Below are positions 44,501-55,900 of a stretch of DNA of 64,000 nt, piece after piece; positions within the stretch are counted from its first letter, which is position 1, and every line of letters begins with the position of its first letter. The position numbers and the translations under genes are program-made. The notes beneath the pieces are model-generated. The model was not told the DNA's origin. It worked only from the letters and a program-made list of their open reading frames with translations, and searched no databases. This DNA comes from a virus, in IMG/VR virus record IMGVR_UViG_3300045988_149609. One strand, written 5' to 3'.

Positions 44501-45060
44501 TAAAACAAGAATTATATATTCAAGATCAAAGTAAAAATTATAGTATTCTTTACTCATTACCATTTCAACAATTCTTAGGTACATTTGATTATAATAATAT
44601 TCAAAACATGATTAATTATAAAGACACTTTAATTTATGATTGTTATGATGATACTTATCTATATGCTATGAGAAAAGGAGATAATTATTTCAATAATTAT
44701 GAAATAAGTGTTGTAAATAATGATGAATTATCTAATTTATTAGAAGCATTTACTTTTAATAGTAGTGATTCATCTGAATTAAAATCATATAGAATTAAAG
44801 CAAATGCTTTAGATAATCAACTTATACAAAGAGGTAATAAACCTTTTAATCAAATAAGTGTAAAAAATGATTATCAAAATGCTACACATGATAATAAAAC
44901 TTTAATTAAAAAATTAAGAACATGGAGATGGCAAATACCTAGACAAAAAAGAAACAGAATTGTTGATAGATGGAATGAAATTACTATTAGTAATTATTCA
45001 AATAATACTATCTTGGAACCTTTAAAAGTATATGATTTAAGTTTAACTTATTGGATATAA
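38551..45060 (+). CDS. giant protein (2169 aa), function unknown; virion-associated (tail or ejected) candidate
   Basis: A single uninterrupted 6.5-kb ORF. I found no DxDGD or other catalytic motif by eye. Confidence 0.6.
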   Translation: MEDSLMQKKEQKFTPTKIQTDISPTKIKSDSAIKIHNFRIDNNGEDSSTFALTLEKESKKYNYTGPITSVFKVEDNIEVNIKYMFTINSEIICIFYTQEEKNKPETLTSYISLFTDDFQTKVNVYSAVSNIFGENIQATFVYETDKIQKIYWIDNINQPRILNISDFINSNGTLNQKAIAYKNGILDFIPELPNKTECKITKSYTGGEWACGCIQYLISYCIPYVIESNIAWYSSLYYITKDGKGLNPDGKIKSTETFYLKITSNLKDITPNYTHVKVYRLQYSSLDQPQMYDLGYYRLDNSKRLDGNYGLIIKDTGIINEKATPTDATSFKFNNLFYPIQANSFQTKDNHFLVGGYTLHDNYLEETENNSFSISNKENENENLDLKTLLVKNDNETTPINIENTTFFHKNESYNLGVQYMNKYGVWSNVQSPQNVVIDNNTTNVELTLNKIPDDQIACRVVCSYNTVDKRNFIAEGAINNSIQDGENPSIYHSDYLLTNFDSFKYGAEMLLNSGGGFNDRNSYNFFSRTNRVLSFLSPEFNSSINDLDWVLSGDLYCKHIANLKCGDIDYGLFMDIKNPLVALPTGIDDLDNGYVYKGTSYIPSLSIMLPTYMGDTKVNIPLYKDGNNKFHYAQYPIPIWKEKRSLNNASNVSPINPTIQVNSKQDNDVNQTTATGEYQYFCKKKIISRLCIFNKEKVKDGPWKTFSSSKYINENQTKLFKLNKDAKENNIFYKANPQTLFTNNAQITLQVFKNISFVDNIDSTIISSSLFDYDKEIPSVTVDNAENAKENDSAKTSMLSGTINVNYKNGSHLLLYNDSDLYDDKEPNKIIEPNYKSLYAATIPLFVQLVWMRDDNKAVHLCNRRIGSTENKNSYLAVREISGDNDKMSVSTELFFLNHNTDDNGVYSIPEFPLANAEWVNGGDNDECRYHLIGFNETGKTKSKHLGFATTWLGYTYNNINNIFTGHHLFKDIPGRKFHLQFPTSVDENGEHYDLDYFSTAYVENVIEPERKNNNTQYDGYPHNKNYFTFGINSNEIVAVNGNFAYDVGNLPYKKYSRFFNHFNLVRTTDKEYYDNVYLPSIAKNDPNKGIIYGKTTDTANTNFKEFYQFIEWYFNSFYFYIKKFDYNPKTDKLYPTGTNEIDENGWFKFNYSDKYLVNLATFLVLFSCEDGKINQNKIGPIKSTDGKDVYIVVSPDPEKENEKDRSIYKFRLGSDAEGKPKETTYTTNNLVSVRFKPSNDIDVAQANRNALDFFKNFLEAYCKDAFDTKSGLKEWTHSNHTYYANRKILNMLLNRITEQVGTSSTTSSTTYTNEFDLNPASDLTSYWTQVRNLSPSSFGNPDVNVYYSANFPNMSPVCVITTREIVEDEKVNKLYIGLPYKAVSNEPYNNSNTGKQLNTRLWNDDNDNKDNPLLIDKNLKECYFYEIELDENDKKVNEQQGFTLTIEMFYKYLNRFSNDIKNGTYLGWLTKLKKSGDLNNTNKPLLYKTINNQAITDSKNIYFVFPFANCGIVTSENKTNLVYRTVNNVMDGEYPAVRFNVTTIQPTGIIVQYSKKSTVTEYSDRTIPLFTRCYTKNFNYNVVENETKYTGRFISDTSPRYTLIVGGNNPKHPYGNITDGLDIPATQEELKAAGWSQSEIDNCWKDLNFNDAGVGLQKIQSADHNIVNVAVREIYAAWDGKDEVTDHYSKDNVSIPIYELYKNDKLTKDTNVDFEHILWQVCSPIYYIKDIKENKIKATIGDCYYGDYYHILTIPYTKEANNQLVDIDNFQVATHCNLLGIYDGRKDLINHVTTDLTNMNLFNNVYNQTFNFFSVNYLNPKENKISHYYPNQIIYSLAKTIGSKEDNWTKVNPGTGFYDAPGHLGKITNLLKSGDKLYALQERGANYVSFNARIQVSASDGVPIELANSGKLDQIITISETYGCNNYKQSVSTDLGIYFIDSYSNDLCLLKDTQIQDIAKTTFNSSLFKSNNGDYVLFFDKIKQELYIQDQSKNYSILYSLPFQQFLGTFDYNNIQNMINYKDTLIYDCYDDTYLYAMRKGDNYFNNYEISVVNNDELSNLLEAFTFNSSDSSELKSYRIKANALDNQLIQRGNKPFNQISVKNDYQNATHDNKTLIKKLRTWRWQIPRQKRNRIVDRWNEITISNYSNNTILEPLKVYDLSLTYWI

Positions 45061-45070
45061 TATAATTAAA

Positions 45071-45106
45071 ATAGTAGTACTATTACAGTACTGCTATTTT
45101 TTTTAT
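45071..45106 (+). terminator. rho-independent terminator
   Basis: ATAGTAGTACT-attac-AGTACTGCTAT forms an 11-bp stem with one G-U, followed by T8. Confidence 0.6.
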
Positions 45107-45126
45107 TTGTTACTTTATTGTATATT

Positions 45127-45134
45127 AATTTATA
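45127..45134 (+). promoter_or_regulatory. -7 promoter box TAACTTTG(CA)
   Basis: TAnnTTTG located 43 nt before ATG 45177. Confidence 0.4.
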
Positions 45135-45176
45135 ATTAACTTTGCAATTAATATAATATAACAAAGCATTAATAAT

Positions 45177-48002
45177 ATGGCAATTTATGATAATTATGCT
45201 GATTTTGCAGCAATGGGTAAAGAAAAACCTCTTGCTCCAGGAGGAGGTGTTTTAGCCCCAAATAATGAAAACAATGATGGAACTAATAATAATGGAAACA
45301 ACAATAATAGCACTAAAAATAGTAAATCAAATAATGGATCTAATGCAATGGGAATTGTTGCAGGTGCAATAGGAGCTGCAGGTAATGTATTAAGTCAATT
45401 AACAGGAGCTACACAAGAAGTAGAACAAAATGCACAAAATATGCAAAGTAGTATCAATAATAAATTAGGTCAAGTTAATAATTTAGATACTTCTTCTTTA
45501 GATGCTTTTGTTGATAGTTCTAGTATAATGAGTGGACTTAATCATACTACTTTTTCTAATGTATATGGTAGAAGTGCTGGTGATGATATATTAGGTAATT
45601 TACAAGCTAGTATACAAGGTGCGCAAGCAGGTGCTGCAGGAGGGCCTTGGACTATGGCAGCAAGTGCAGCTGCAGGATCATTCGCTAATTTATTTAGTAG
45701 AGCAGCAGCAAGAAAAAAAGCGAGAGACCTTACAAAACAACTTAATGCAGCAGTAGATGCAGGTAATGCTTTAATGGCAGCTTCAACAGATCGTGCTGCG
45801 CATACTGCAAGTATGACAGACTTTAATAATTTAATGAATAATGCAGTATTAGCTGCATATGGTGGCCCAATTAATATGAAATATACAGGTATAAATTCTC
45901 CTTTTGGTAATAGATTTAATGATGGAGGTATAAATATAAAAAAAGAGAATAAAGGTAAATTTACAGCTTTAGCTAATACACATGGTATGACACCTTTACA
46001 AATGGCTAATCATATATTTGCCAATAAAGATAATTATAGTTCAACTCAAATAAAAAGAGCTAATTTTGTTAGAAATGCAGCAAAATGGCATGCTGAAGGT
46101 GGAAATCTTGATAATCAATTTAGTGATTTTAGAAATGGAGTTATAGAATATAATGCAGGTGGTACACATGAAGAAAATCCTAATGATGGAGTTCAAGTAG
46201 GAGTTGATCCACAAGGTACACCAAATCTTGTTGAAGAAGGAGAAGTAAATTATAATGATTATATATTTTCAGATAGATTAAAAGTACCTAAACAATTTAG
46301 AAAACAATATGGATTAGGTACTTCAAAAAAACAAATGACATATGCTGATGCAGCTAAAAAATTGCAAAAAGAAAGTGAAGAAAGACCTTTAGATCCTATT
46401 AGTAAAAGAGGTCTTGATTCAGTATTAGGTGCTCTTGCAGAATCACAAGAAGATACTAGATTTAAGAAACAAATGCAAGATCCTCAATTTAGACAGCAAG
46501 TAATGCAATCTATGGCACAGCAACAAACTGAACAACAAGCAATGCAACAACAGCCTTCAGAAGAAGAAATGATGGCTATGCAACAACAAGCTGCAGAACA
46601 AGGACAACCGTTTGCTTATGGTGGTAGAAAAGGTAATATGTTTGATGGCACAGGTGATAAATCACAAAAAGTAAATTCTTTTGCAGTACCTATTCCAGAA
46701 ATAGTAGATGAAATGAATTATTATGATAATCCAGTAAAATTAGATTTTACTAAAATGATGGATTATTTAGATACTTTTATTCCTGCTGCTAATGTTAACA
46801 CAAATCTTCCATATTATAGAGATAATACAAATCAAAAACAATATTATAATGCTGGAAAATATACACACAATAATATAACGGAAAAATTAAAAAGTGGATA
46901 TGCAATCGGTGATCCTAATACAGTAAAATATATAAACACTTTAGCTGAAAAAATAGGTATATCTACAAAAAATCTTATGGATAATTTTGATTCATATCGT
47001 CTTAGACAAGGTGATGCTGTTCCTGAAGGAATTAATGCAAAACCTGGAAATGGATATGTATCTGCAGATATACCTGATGCAATATCTTATGATCATCAAC
47101 AATTTAATCCTTATAATCTTCCACATACAACAGAAAATAGCGATAAAGTAAATAAAGATAAAGATAAAGAAACTGAATCTGATTTTAGTTCATTAACAGG
47201 ATTACCTACATGGTTAAGATATGCACCAATAGCAGCTTCAGCTATGGGTTTATTTAGTAAACCTGATTATAAAAATGCAAATGCTTTACAAGATATTGTT
47301 GCTAATAATGTAGGTTATACTCCAATTGAAGGAAATTATATTGGTGATTATTTAAGATACAATCCTTATGATGTTAATTATAATGCTAATCAAATAAGAC
47401 AGCAAGGTAATGCACAATTAAGAAATATTATTAATAATAGTGGAGGTAATAGAGCTGCAGCTATGGCTAATATGGCAGTAACTAATTATAATACACAATT
47501 AGCTATGAGTGATTTATTTAGAAAAGCTCAAGAATATAATGATGCACAACAAGCTAAAGTTGGTGAATTTAATAGAGGAACTAATCAATACAATGCTACA
47601 ATGGCTAATCAAATTGCTCAATTTAATGCAGGGCAAAGAGCTAAAGCACAAGAACAATATATTAATGGTATGACACAAGCATTACAATGGAAAGAAGCTC
47701 AAAAAGCAGCAGCAGATCAAGCTAAGAGTAATGCTATTTCAGCTATTGGTAATTCATTAGGAGATATTGGTAGAGAAAACTTTGCAGCTAATCAACAATT
47801 AGGTTTAATTGCTTCAGGATATTATGGTGCAATTAATCCTGATATATTACCTTTAATTCTTAAAAATAATGGTATCAATCCTAAATCTAAAGTAGGAAAA
47901 CAATTTATTAAAAATGCTACGACAAGATGGGAAGAACAAAGAGAATATGATAAAGAAATAAGAGAAGCTAATAAGAAAAAGAATAAATCACAATCTAAAT
48001 AA
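45177..48002 (+). CDS. large protein (941 aa) with Gly/Ala-zipper segments and N/Q-rich tracts
   Basis: GIVAGAIGAAGNV and AQAGAAGGPWTMAASAAAGSFANLF are glycine-zipper-like; there is a polyN block and a Q-rich region. It may be an internal, ejection or tape-measure-like protein. Confidence 0.5.
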   Translation: MAIYDNYADFAAMGKEKPLAPGGGVLAPNNENNDGTNNNGNNNNSTKNSKSNNGSNAMGIVAGAIGAAGNVLSQLTGATQEVEQNAQNMQSSINNKLGQVNNLDTSSLDAFVDSSSIMSGLNHTTFSNVYGRSAGDDILGNLQASIQGAQAGAAGGPWTMAASAAAGSFANLFSRAAARKKARDLTKQLNAAVDAGNALMAASTDRAAHTASMTDFNNLMNNAVLAAYGGPINMKYTGINSPFGNRFNDGGINIKKENKGKFTALANTHGMTPLQMANHIFANKDNYSSTQIKRANFVRNAAKWHAEGGNLDNQFSDFRNGVIEYNAGGTHEENPNDGVQVGVDPQGTPNLVEEGEVNYNDYIFSDRLKVPKQFRKQYGLGTSKKQMTYADAAKKLQKESEERPLDPISKRGLDSVLGALAESQEDTRFKKQMQDPQFRQQVMQSMAQQQTEQQAMQQQPSEEEMMAMQQQAAEQGQPFAYGGRKGNMFDGTGDKSQKVNSFAVPIPEIVDEMNYYDNPVKLDFTKMMDYLDTFIPAANVNTNLPYYRDNTNQKQYYNAGKYTHNNITEKLKSGYAIGDPNTVKYINTLAEKIGISTKNLMDNFDSYRLRQGDAVPEGINAKPGNGYVSADIPDAISYDHQQFNPYNLPHTTENSDKVNKDKDKETESDFSSLTGLPTWLRYAPIAASAMGLFSKPDYKNANALQDIVANNVGYTPIEGNYIGDYLRYNPYDVNYNANQIRQQGNAQLRNIINNSGGNRAAAMANMAVTNYNTQLAMSDLFRKAQEYNDAQQAKVGEFNRGTNQYNATMANQIAQFNAGQRAKAQEQYINGMTQALQWKEAQKAAADQAKSNAISAIGNSLGDIGRENFAANQQLGLIASGYYGAINPDILPLILKNNGINPKSKVGKQFIKNATTRWEEQREYDKEIREANKKKNKSQSK

Positions 48003-48025
48003 ATAAACATTATAAAACATAAAGT

Positions 48026-49900
48026 ATGATATTTAATATAAATAGTACATTTAAACCATTCACATTTGAAGATTTTGCTAAGCCAATGATTATGTATAAG
48101 CAAGCATATGAAGATATGGAAAAAAACATAGCTACGCTTACAGATCAAACAGAAATGTGGAAAAATATAGCAGAACAAGAAAAAAGTCCTGTTGCTTATA
48201 ATCTTTATAAAAGTTATTCAGATAAATTAAATTCTGTAGCTGAAGATTTTAGTAGAGGTATGTCTATGTCTAATAGAGGAGAATTATTAAATTTAAGAAA
48301 AGGATATGCTACCAATATAGTACCTATTGTAAATGCTTACAAAAGAAGGCAAACTTTAATAGATGCTGCTCAAGATGCTGCATTAAAAAATCCAACATTA
48401 GAATTTCAATATGATCCTCGTACAATGTCACTTGATGATGTAATAGCAGATCCAAATAAAACTTGGGGTAATGTTATTAATGGTGCATTGTTAACAGAGC
48501 AAGCTGGTAAAATGGCAGCTAATTTAGCAAGAGCTGCACAAAGTGGAGATAAAGATGCACAAAAACAACTTGAACAAATACTCCCTTATCAGTATGAATA
48601 TATTAAGAAAACAGGTTTTGATTATTCAGAAGTAGTAAGAGCTATAACAGATCCAGAACATGGAGCTGAAGCACTTACTAGGATTATTGATACTGTAATG
48701 GCAGGAAGTGGAATTAATGATTGGACAAATCTTAAAGATGCAAATGGTAATTTTACTAAAGAAGGCTTAGCTAGATATAAGAAAATAAGAAGTTATGCAG
48801 AACAAGGTTTATATAATGCAATAGGTCAAGAACAAACTCAAATACTTAAAGATGATTTTGGTGCAAATGTGGCAATGAAACAATATGAAGCACAATTCGC
48901 AGCAGCTGCAGCAAATGGTGATTTACCTGAAGAAACATTAATGGACACTGACACTTTAACTTTTTCTACTGCAGAAGATGATGTAAAAGAAAGAGATGAA
49001 GCTGCTAAATTATTAGGATATAATACAGATACTAAAAAATTTGGAAATTTTGTGACTGTACGAATTACTGAGCCTTCTATTACGAGTTCTACTACAGGTA
49101 CTACTCTTTTTAGGGATTATTATAAAACAATAAGACTATGGAATACAAAAAATGATCGTCTTGTAAGTAAAAAGGAATTTGTAGCACAAGGTAAAAATAA
49201 TCATGAAAAACAAGTACTTTCTAATTATTATGATCGTGCTTTTAAAGCAGCAGGTACATGGAATTTACATACTTCACATCGTACTGAAAAACAAAATATT
49301 TTTATGGGATTGGAAAAAATAAAAAGAGGAAATTATGGAATAAAAGCACTTAAATATAATACAGATGATAATGTAGCTGTTATTGCTCCTTTTGTTAATG
49401 CAGGACAATTAGTAGAAATACAAGGTATGGATTCTAAAGGTAATCTTAAATTTAATAGCCCTGGAGTTAATCATGCAGTCGGAATATCGCAAAAGGATAT
49501 TCAATCATTTAATCAAAGATCTGATCCAGATAAAGGAAAAGCAACTTTAACTAGTGGTCAAGTATCAATTCATATTTTACCAGGAGATTCTAAACGAACT
49601 GATAATAAAGGTATTGTTATTTCATTTCCTAATGCAGATGGTAAAAATAAATGGTATTTACTTCGTCCTCAATCAATGAGTGATAATGTTAAATCAGCAT
49701 TTATTAGTTATAATCAAGCTGTGATTAAAGCAAAAGAAAATGCAAAAAAGAGTAAATTAAATGCTGAACAAACGGAACGATATATAAAACAAGTAACAGT
49801 ACAAGAACTTTCAGCATTTATTCGTATATTTAATAATTCAGTAAATAATAAATACAGTACTACAAGTGTAAGTACTTATGATAGTTCTAAAGAAAAATGA
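48026..49900 (+). CDS. hypothetical virion protein (624 aa)
   Basis: ORF. Confidence 0.5.
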   Translation: MIFNINSTFKPFTFEDFAKPMIMYKQAYEDMEKNIATLTDQTEMWKNIAEQEKSPVAYNLYKSYSDKLNSVAEDFSRGMSMSNRGELLNLRKGYATNIVPIVNAYKRRQTLIDAAQDAALKNPTLEFQYDPRTMSLDDVIADPNKTWGNVINGALLTEQAGKMAANLARAAQSGDKDAQKQLEQILPYQYEYIKKTGFDYSEVVRAITDPEHGAEALTRIIDTVMAGSGINDWTNLKDANGNFTKEGLARYKKIRSYAEQGLYNAIGQEQTQILKDDFGANVAMKQYEAQFAAAAANGDLPEETLMDTDTLTFSTAEDDVKERDEAAKLLGYNTDTKKFGNFVTVRITEPSITSSTTGTTLFRDYYKTIRLWNTKNDRLVSKKEFVAQGKNNHEKQVLSNYYDRAFKAAGTWNLHTSHRTEKQNIFMGLEKIKRGNYGIKALKYNTDDNVAVIAPFVNAGQLVEIQGMDSKGNLKFNSPGVNHAVGISQKDIQSFNQRSDPDKGKATLTSGQVSIHILPGDSKRTDNKGIVISFPNADGKNKWYLLRPQSMSDNVKSAFISYNQAVIKAKENAKKSKLNAEQTERYIKQVTVQELSAFIRIFNNSVNNKYSTTSVSTYDSSKEK

Positions 49901-52900
49901 TATGGCAACAACAAATAAAAAAATTCAAGAAACAGGCCCAGTAGGTTTAAAAGGTGTAAGAGGTGAAGATTTATATCCTAAAGGATTTAAAGGAGAACAA
50001 TTACAAATAAGTGCTGCAAGAAATAAAGCTGCATTAAGAACAAATGTAAATCCTACATTGTTTGATAATATAGGTATTGCAGAAAAAACAAATGACACAC
50101 AGCAAGGTAAATCAATGTTTGATGATGCTGTAATGATAAATCCTACTCCAGAAACAATTCAAGATACTAGAGCTAATAATCAGCCTTGGTATGCACAATT
50201 AGCAGCAGGTGTAGGTAAAGGTGCAGTATTAGCAGGTACTACTTTTGTTGATGGAACATTAGGTATTATTGCAAGTCTTGGACAAATTATAGCAAATAAA
50301 GTACAAGATGCTAATGGGAATCCAATGACTACAGGCCAAATATGGAGTGGCTTTTATGACAATCCTATCACAAGAGCTATGAATGATATAAATAAATTGT
50401 CTGAAGAATTGATGCCTAATTATTATTCAACACAAGAAGAAGGCAAAGCTTTTGATTTTGGTTCAATGAATTTTTGGGCAGATAAAATTATTAAGAATAT
50501 AGGATTTACTATAGGTGCATCTTGGTCAGGTGCTGCTTGGTCAAGACCTCTTTCTTTATTAGGTAAAAGTTTAGCTGAAAGTACTAAATTTAAATCAATG
50601 CTTAATATTACTAAAGAAGCAAGAGATTTAGCAACAAAACAAGGTAAAATAACTCAAAATTTAGTTAGTTCTTCTGTACAAAATGGTTTAGGTGCTACAA
50701 TGTCAGCTTTAAGTGAAGGTAGTATTGAAGCACTTAATACTAAGAATGATTTTATTAGTAAAAAAATACCTGAAATACAAGAGCAAAGAGATCAAAGAAT
50801 TAGATATATTAGAAAAAAATATGGTAATTCAAAAATGGCAGAAGATCTTATAGCTAGAGAAAATAAAGCTTATAATGCAACAGTAGAAAAAATTAAAGAA
50901 GATGCTGCAGCTGCAGGTAATGTAGATTTATTAGTTAATATTCCTATATTAACTGCATCAAATATGATTCAATTTACTAGATTATATTCAGGTGGATTTA
51001 AAAAAAGTCTTGAATCTTTAAAAGTTAAAAGACTTGCAGATGGTACTTATGATATAATGAGTAAAGCTAAAGCTGTAGCAAAAGCTGTGTCTAAACCAAT
51101 AATATCTGAAGGTAGTGAAGAAATATTACAACAATATGCTTCTGATGTTCCTACTAACTATTATAACACAGATGTAAATAATTTTTATAAAGCTAAAACG
51201 AACAGACAAAGCGAACAAGAAGTATTAAGTTGGAGTAAAGCTTTAGGTGAACAATTAGCATTAACTTTTGGTAGTGCTGATACTTGGGAACAATTTTTTA
51301 TTGGTGGTTTGACAGGTCTATTAGGAGTTCCATCTTTTATAAAAACTAAAGCTAATGGTAAAATGGGCTTTGGTCTAAGTTGGCAATCTGAAGCTATTTC
51401 AGGAGCTAAAGAAGCAGCTAAAAAAGCAGCAAGATATAATTATTTATCTGCTTATATGAATGCTAGAATTGCTAATAATGAAAAATTTAAAAATTATTAT
51501 CAAGGCTTGATTAGAAATAATACTTATGCTAAAGCTATGGATGCAGCATTAGAACATAATGATAAAAAAGCTTTTCTTGATAATGATTTAGCTCAACTTT
51601 ATTCTGATTTTACAATGTTTGATTCTGCTGGTAGACTTGATGATTTACGAGCAATGGCTAAAGCAGCAATACCTACTTCTGATGCAGATGTACAAGATTT
51701 AATTGATAATACTTCTACTAAAGATTTAAAAGGAGAAGAGAAAGAAAAAGCAGAAAAAGAAAAAGAAAATTTAAAACAAGCTACTACAAAAAAAGAGCAA
51801 ATAACTCAACAAATACAAGAGTTATTAAATGAAAGAGAAGAAAAAGATTTAATACCTGAAGAAAAGCTTAAGCTTGATAATTTTAAACAAGAATTAAATT
51901 CTGCAGAAGAAGAAATTACTACAGCTAAAGCTAATATTAAAGATATATATGATAAATCAAAAGAACCTTGGAGAGGGCCATATATTAAAACAACAGGTGA
52001 ACAAAAATCTATTGAAGAAGTTAAAGAAGAATTAAATAAAAATGTAAAGACTTTTACAGATCATCTTAATCGTTATCAAGAAATTAAAGATGATGTAGAA
52101 TCAATATTAAGAGGAAGATTAGATTCTCCAGAAAGAGAAAAAGATGTTGTTTCAGAATTAGTATTTAGAATTGCACAATCAGAAAATTGGAAAAATCGTA
52201 GTGATGAAATTCTAAATAAGTATAGAGAAATATTCCCTGATTCAGAAGAAAAAGATAGTTATCTTGCTCAATTACAAGAAAAAGGTTCACAATTAGATGA
52301 TGTTCTTGAAAGTATCAATGAAGCAAAAGAAAAGTATATTGCATATGCTAAAGCTAAAGCAGAACGAGAAGGAAAACTAGATTCTTTTGATGAAAGTAAA
52401 GTACAATTTCCTAAAAGTATAACAGAAGTTGAAGAACGATATAAAAAAGCAAATGATACAAATGTAGCATTAACAAATTCAGCTGCAGCTTTTAGAAAAT
52501 TTAAAGCTTCAACAAATGAAGAAATAGCTAATTTATTATTAACAGATCCAAATTTTAAACAAGGATTTGCAAATTGGATTTTAAATACAGATAAAATTCC
52601 AGCAGAGAAAAAAGATGAGTATATTGCTAGATTAAATGACGTAGAAAAAATGTTAATATCTAAGCAAAATGCTAGTATAGCTATTGCTAAATATTTAGAA
52701 GATCCTAATACTTTAGCTCAAGAACAAGAAAAAGCAGATGAAAAAAATAAAGAAGAAGTTGCTGAGGAAAAACATAAAGAAGTAGTTGAACGATTAAGAA
52801 ATGCAACTGTTTCTGATATTAATAATGCTAAAGCAAATGGAGAAGATATTTTTTCTGGAGTTAGAGAAGAATGGTTAGAAGAAGGAGATAAAGAAAAAAT

Positions 52901-55900
52901 AAAAACTGCAAATGATGTAGAAAAAGTAAAAAATCTATTACTTAAAAGATTGCAACAAGCTTATGAGAGTGGTAAATGTTCTAAGATGTATTATGATTTA
53001 TTTAGTGATGCTATTCAAAGAAACTATAGCAAAGCAAATAGTGTAGAAGAAATGTTAGATCCTTCAAATGAAAACTATGTTGAAGCAATAGAATCAAATG
53101 AAAATATTACAAATGATGATGTAGATGCAGCTTATCAAGTACTAAATGATGTTATAAATGTAACACAAGAGGATATTGAAAAAGCACAAGAAGTAAAAGA
53201 TTTTGGAGATAGTATAGAAGGAACAACTGACGCTCTTACTATAAGTTTAGATGATGAAACAGAAGGTGAATCAAAAGCAGAAGATAAAGAAAAAGATAAA
53301 ACTAAAAAACCTAATACTGGCTCAACTTCTGCAACAGAAACTAAAACTAAAGCTAAAACTAAAACTGATAAAAAATCTGATGAAACAAATGGAGAAGAAG
53401 CTTCAGCAGGTAAAGATCCTGTAACTCAACCTAAACCACTTAAATTTCCTACTTGGCAATGGCAGTTGTTAGAAACAGGAGCTGTATTATCTGAAAGTTC
53501 TGTACAAAGTATTGTTGAAAATCCTACATTTGTCAAATTTGATTATTATGATCCTTTGACAAAAAAATTAAAATGGTCAAAAGGAAATAATATGTTTAGA
53601 TGTCCTAATGGTTATTATCTTTGTTTTATAAAAATACCTAAATCAAATGTAGTAGTTCCTTTCTTAGGTTATAGTAATGGAAAAGGCCAGTTAGAATGGA
53701 ATGTTGCTGTAAAAGTAGATCTTAATGATACTTCAAAATGTTTATGTGTAAATTCTGGAGATATTTGTGCAGAATTAGGACAAATTGCATATGCAATGAG
53801 TAAAAGATGGAGTAATACATCAGTAGCTGCAAAAAGAGTTCTTGAATTAAATGATAATTTTACAAGAAATGTAATTCAAACTCAGATGTTAGATAATATG
53901 GAAAAAAGTGGCATTGATTATGCAGACTTATATTTAAATCGAAAAGAAGATGAAGATATAACTTATGCTTTAAATAGTGCATTTGTACCATATAAAAAAG
54001 TTTTAGATGAAGCAGTAATGAAAGCATATCATTCAACACTTAAATCTAATACTTTTGATGAAACTTCTTCTAACACTGTACAAAATGCTACAAATATTTC
54101 ATCTGAAGATTTAGAGAAAGAAATAGAAGATAATAATAAAAAATCTAACGCAGTTGCTAATTCACAGCCAACTCCTGATAATCCTATTACTTCAAAAAAT
54201 ATATATGAATTTTGGAGAGATTCTACAACAGAATATAAAATACATAGAGATAGAGGAGATGATCATCCTTATTGGGAAACAAGTGGAAATCCAGCACATA
54301 AAATTTTATTTGAATATTTACAAAAAGCTGGAGTTTTTGATAGAAGAAAAAATACACCTGTTGAAGATATTCCACAATCATTTAAGTTATCTTTTGACCA
54401 AAAATTAAATGAACAATTAGGATTTCCTGTATTATTATTAACAGATGAAGATGGTAATATTTGGGGAGATATACCTAATCCTAAAGATGCTACTTTTAGT
54501 AAATATAGAGGATTACAAGAGTTTTATAATAAAGCTATTGAAGAATACAATCAAAATAAAGATAATATAAAAAATGGTTTTTATACATTAAAAGATGAGA
54601 TAACAACAGCTGGTATATTAATTGGTACTCCAAGATATTTAGCTACAGGTGAAAGATATACATTAAATGAAATATGTAGCACTAAAGATAGTTCAGGTAA
54701 AAGAGTTACTAAAAAAGGAGGGCCTAAAATAGGTATCATGGTTAATGATGAATTAAAAAGTGGTTGGAATATGCGTATTAGTGGTAATGAAAAAAGAGAC
54801 ACTGCTATGAGTATGCAAGAGAAAAAAATACTTCCTCCTTTGACTTATAGAAATGGACAACCTTTCTTATTAATTGAAACTTTAGATCCTAAAAGAAGAT
54901 ATTATCCTGTTCCATTTACTATGAAACCTTTTAGTGTAAAAGATAATTCAAGATTAGCTAATGCTGTAAAAACATTATTTGATAAAAATAATTTACCTAA
55001 AAATCAAAGTGAAGCTAATACCTGGGCAGCTACATTAAAACACATTTTAGCTTTAGAAAATGTTGAAACATTCTTTAAAGATGGTAAACTATTATCTATA
55101 AGAGTTAAATCATTTAATGCAGAAAAAGCAATAAATGTACGTACTGTAAAAGATCTTGAAAACATTCCATTTAATATAGATACTTCTTTAGTAGGACTTA
55201 AAGTAGGTAATGCTGAAGATGAAATTTTTAGTGGTTTACTTACAAAAGAAGTTGATTATAATGAATTAATTGGTGAAGTTGCAGAAACAAATTTACCTCC
55301 TAGTGCAGATAGAACAATAAATGATAGTATTGTAATAAATCCTATTATAAATGGTAAATCAACTGCAGCAAAAATGCCTCAAGGAAAGACTAAACAAAAA
55401 GAGGCAGCAAATAGTGAAACTGATACTTCTAAAAAAGTAACAGATATTACAGAAACTGATATAAAAACTGATACTCAAGTTGAACTAAATAATAATGATA
55501 AGGATTGGTATTATTCAGATAACTATCCAGTCTTTGCAATTAATACTAAAACAAATGCTGTATTAAATAGAGCTACACATAAAGTATATACTGTTGAAGA
55601 AGCATCAAATCTTAATATTATTCTTAAAGGTAATATTGCAAGAGTTTATATTGAAGCTAATAATTTAGAAGCTACAGGTAAAACTATTATAGAAACTCCT
55701 TATGGATGGTATGATATAAAAAATGGTAATTTTGTAGCAGCACCTGTTGAAACACCTAAAGCAAAACAATCTTCTTCCACTGAAACTATTAGTGAAGATA
55801 ATACTGACTTTAATGTAGATACTGCAAAAGAAACTCTTAAAAAACTTGTTACAGATCCTGTTATTAGAAGTAAAGTTATTGAAAAATTAAATGTTGCTTC

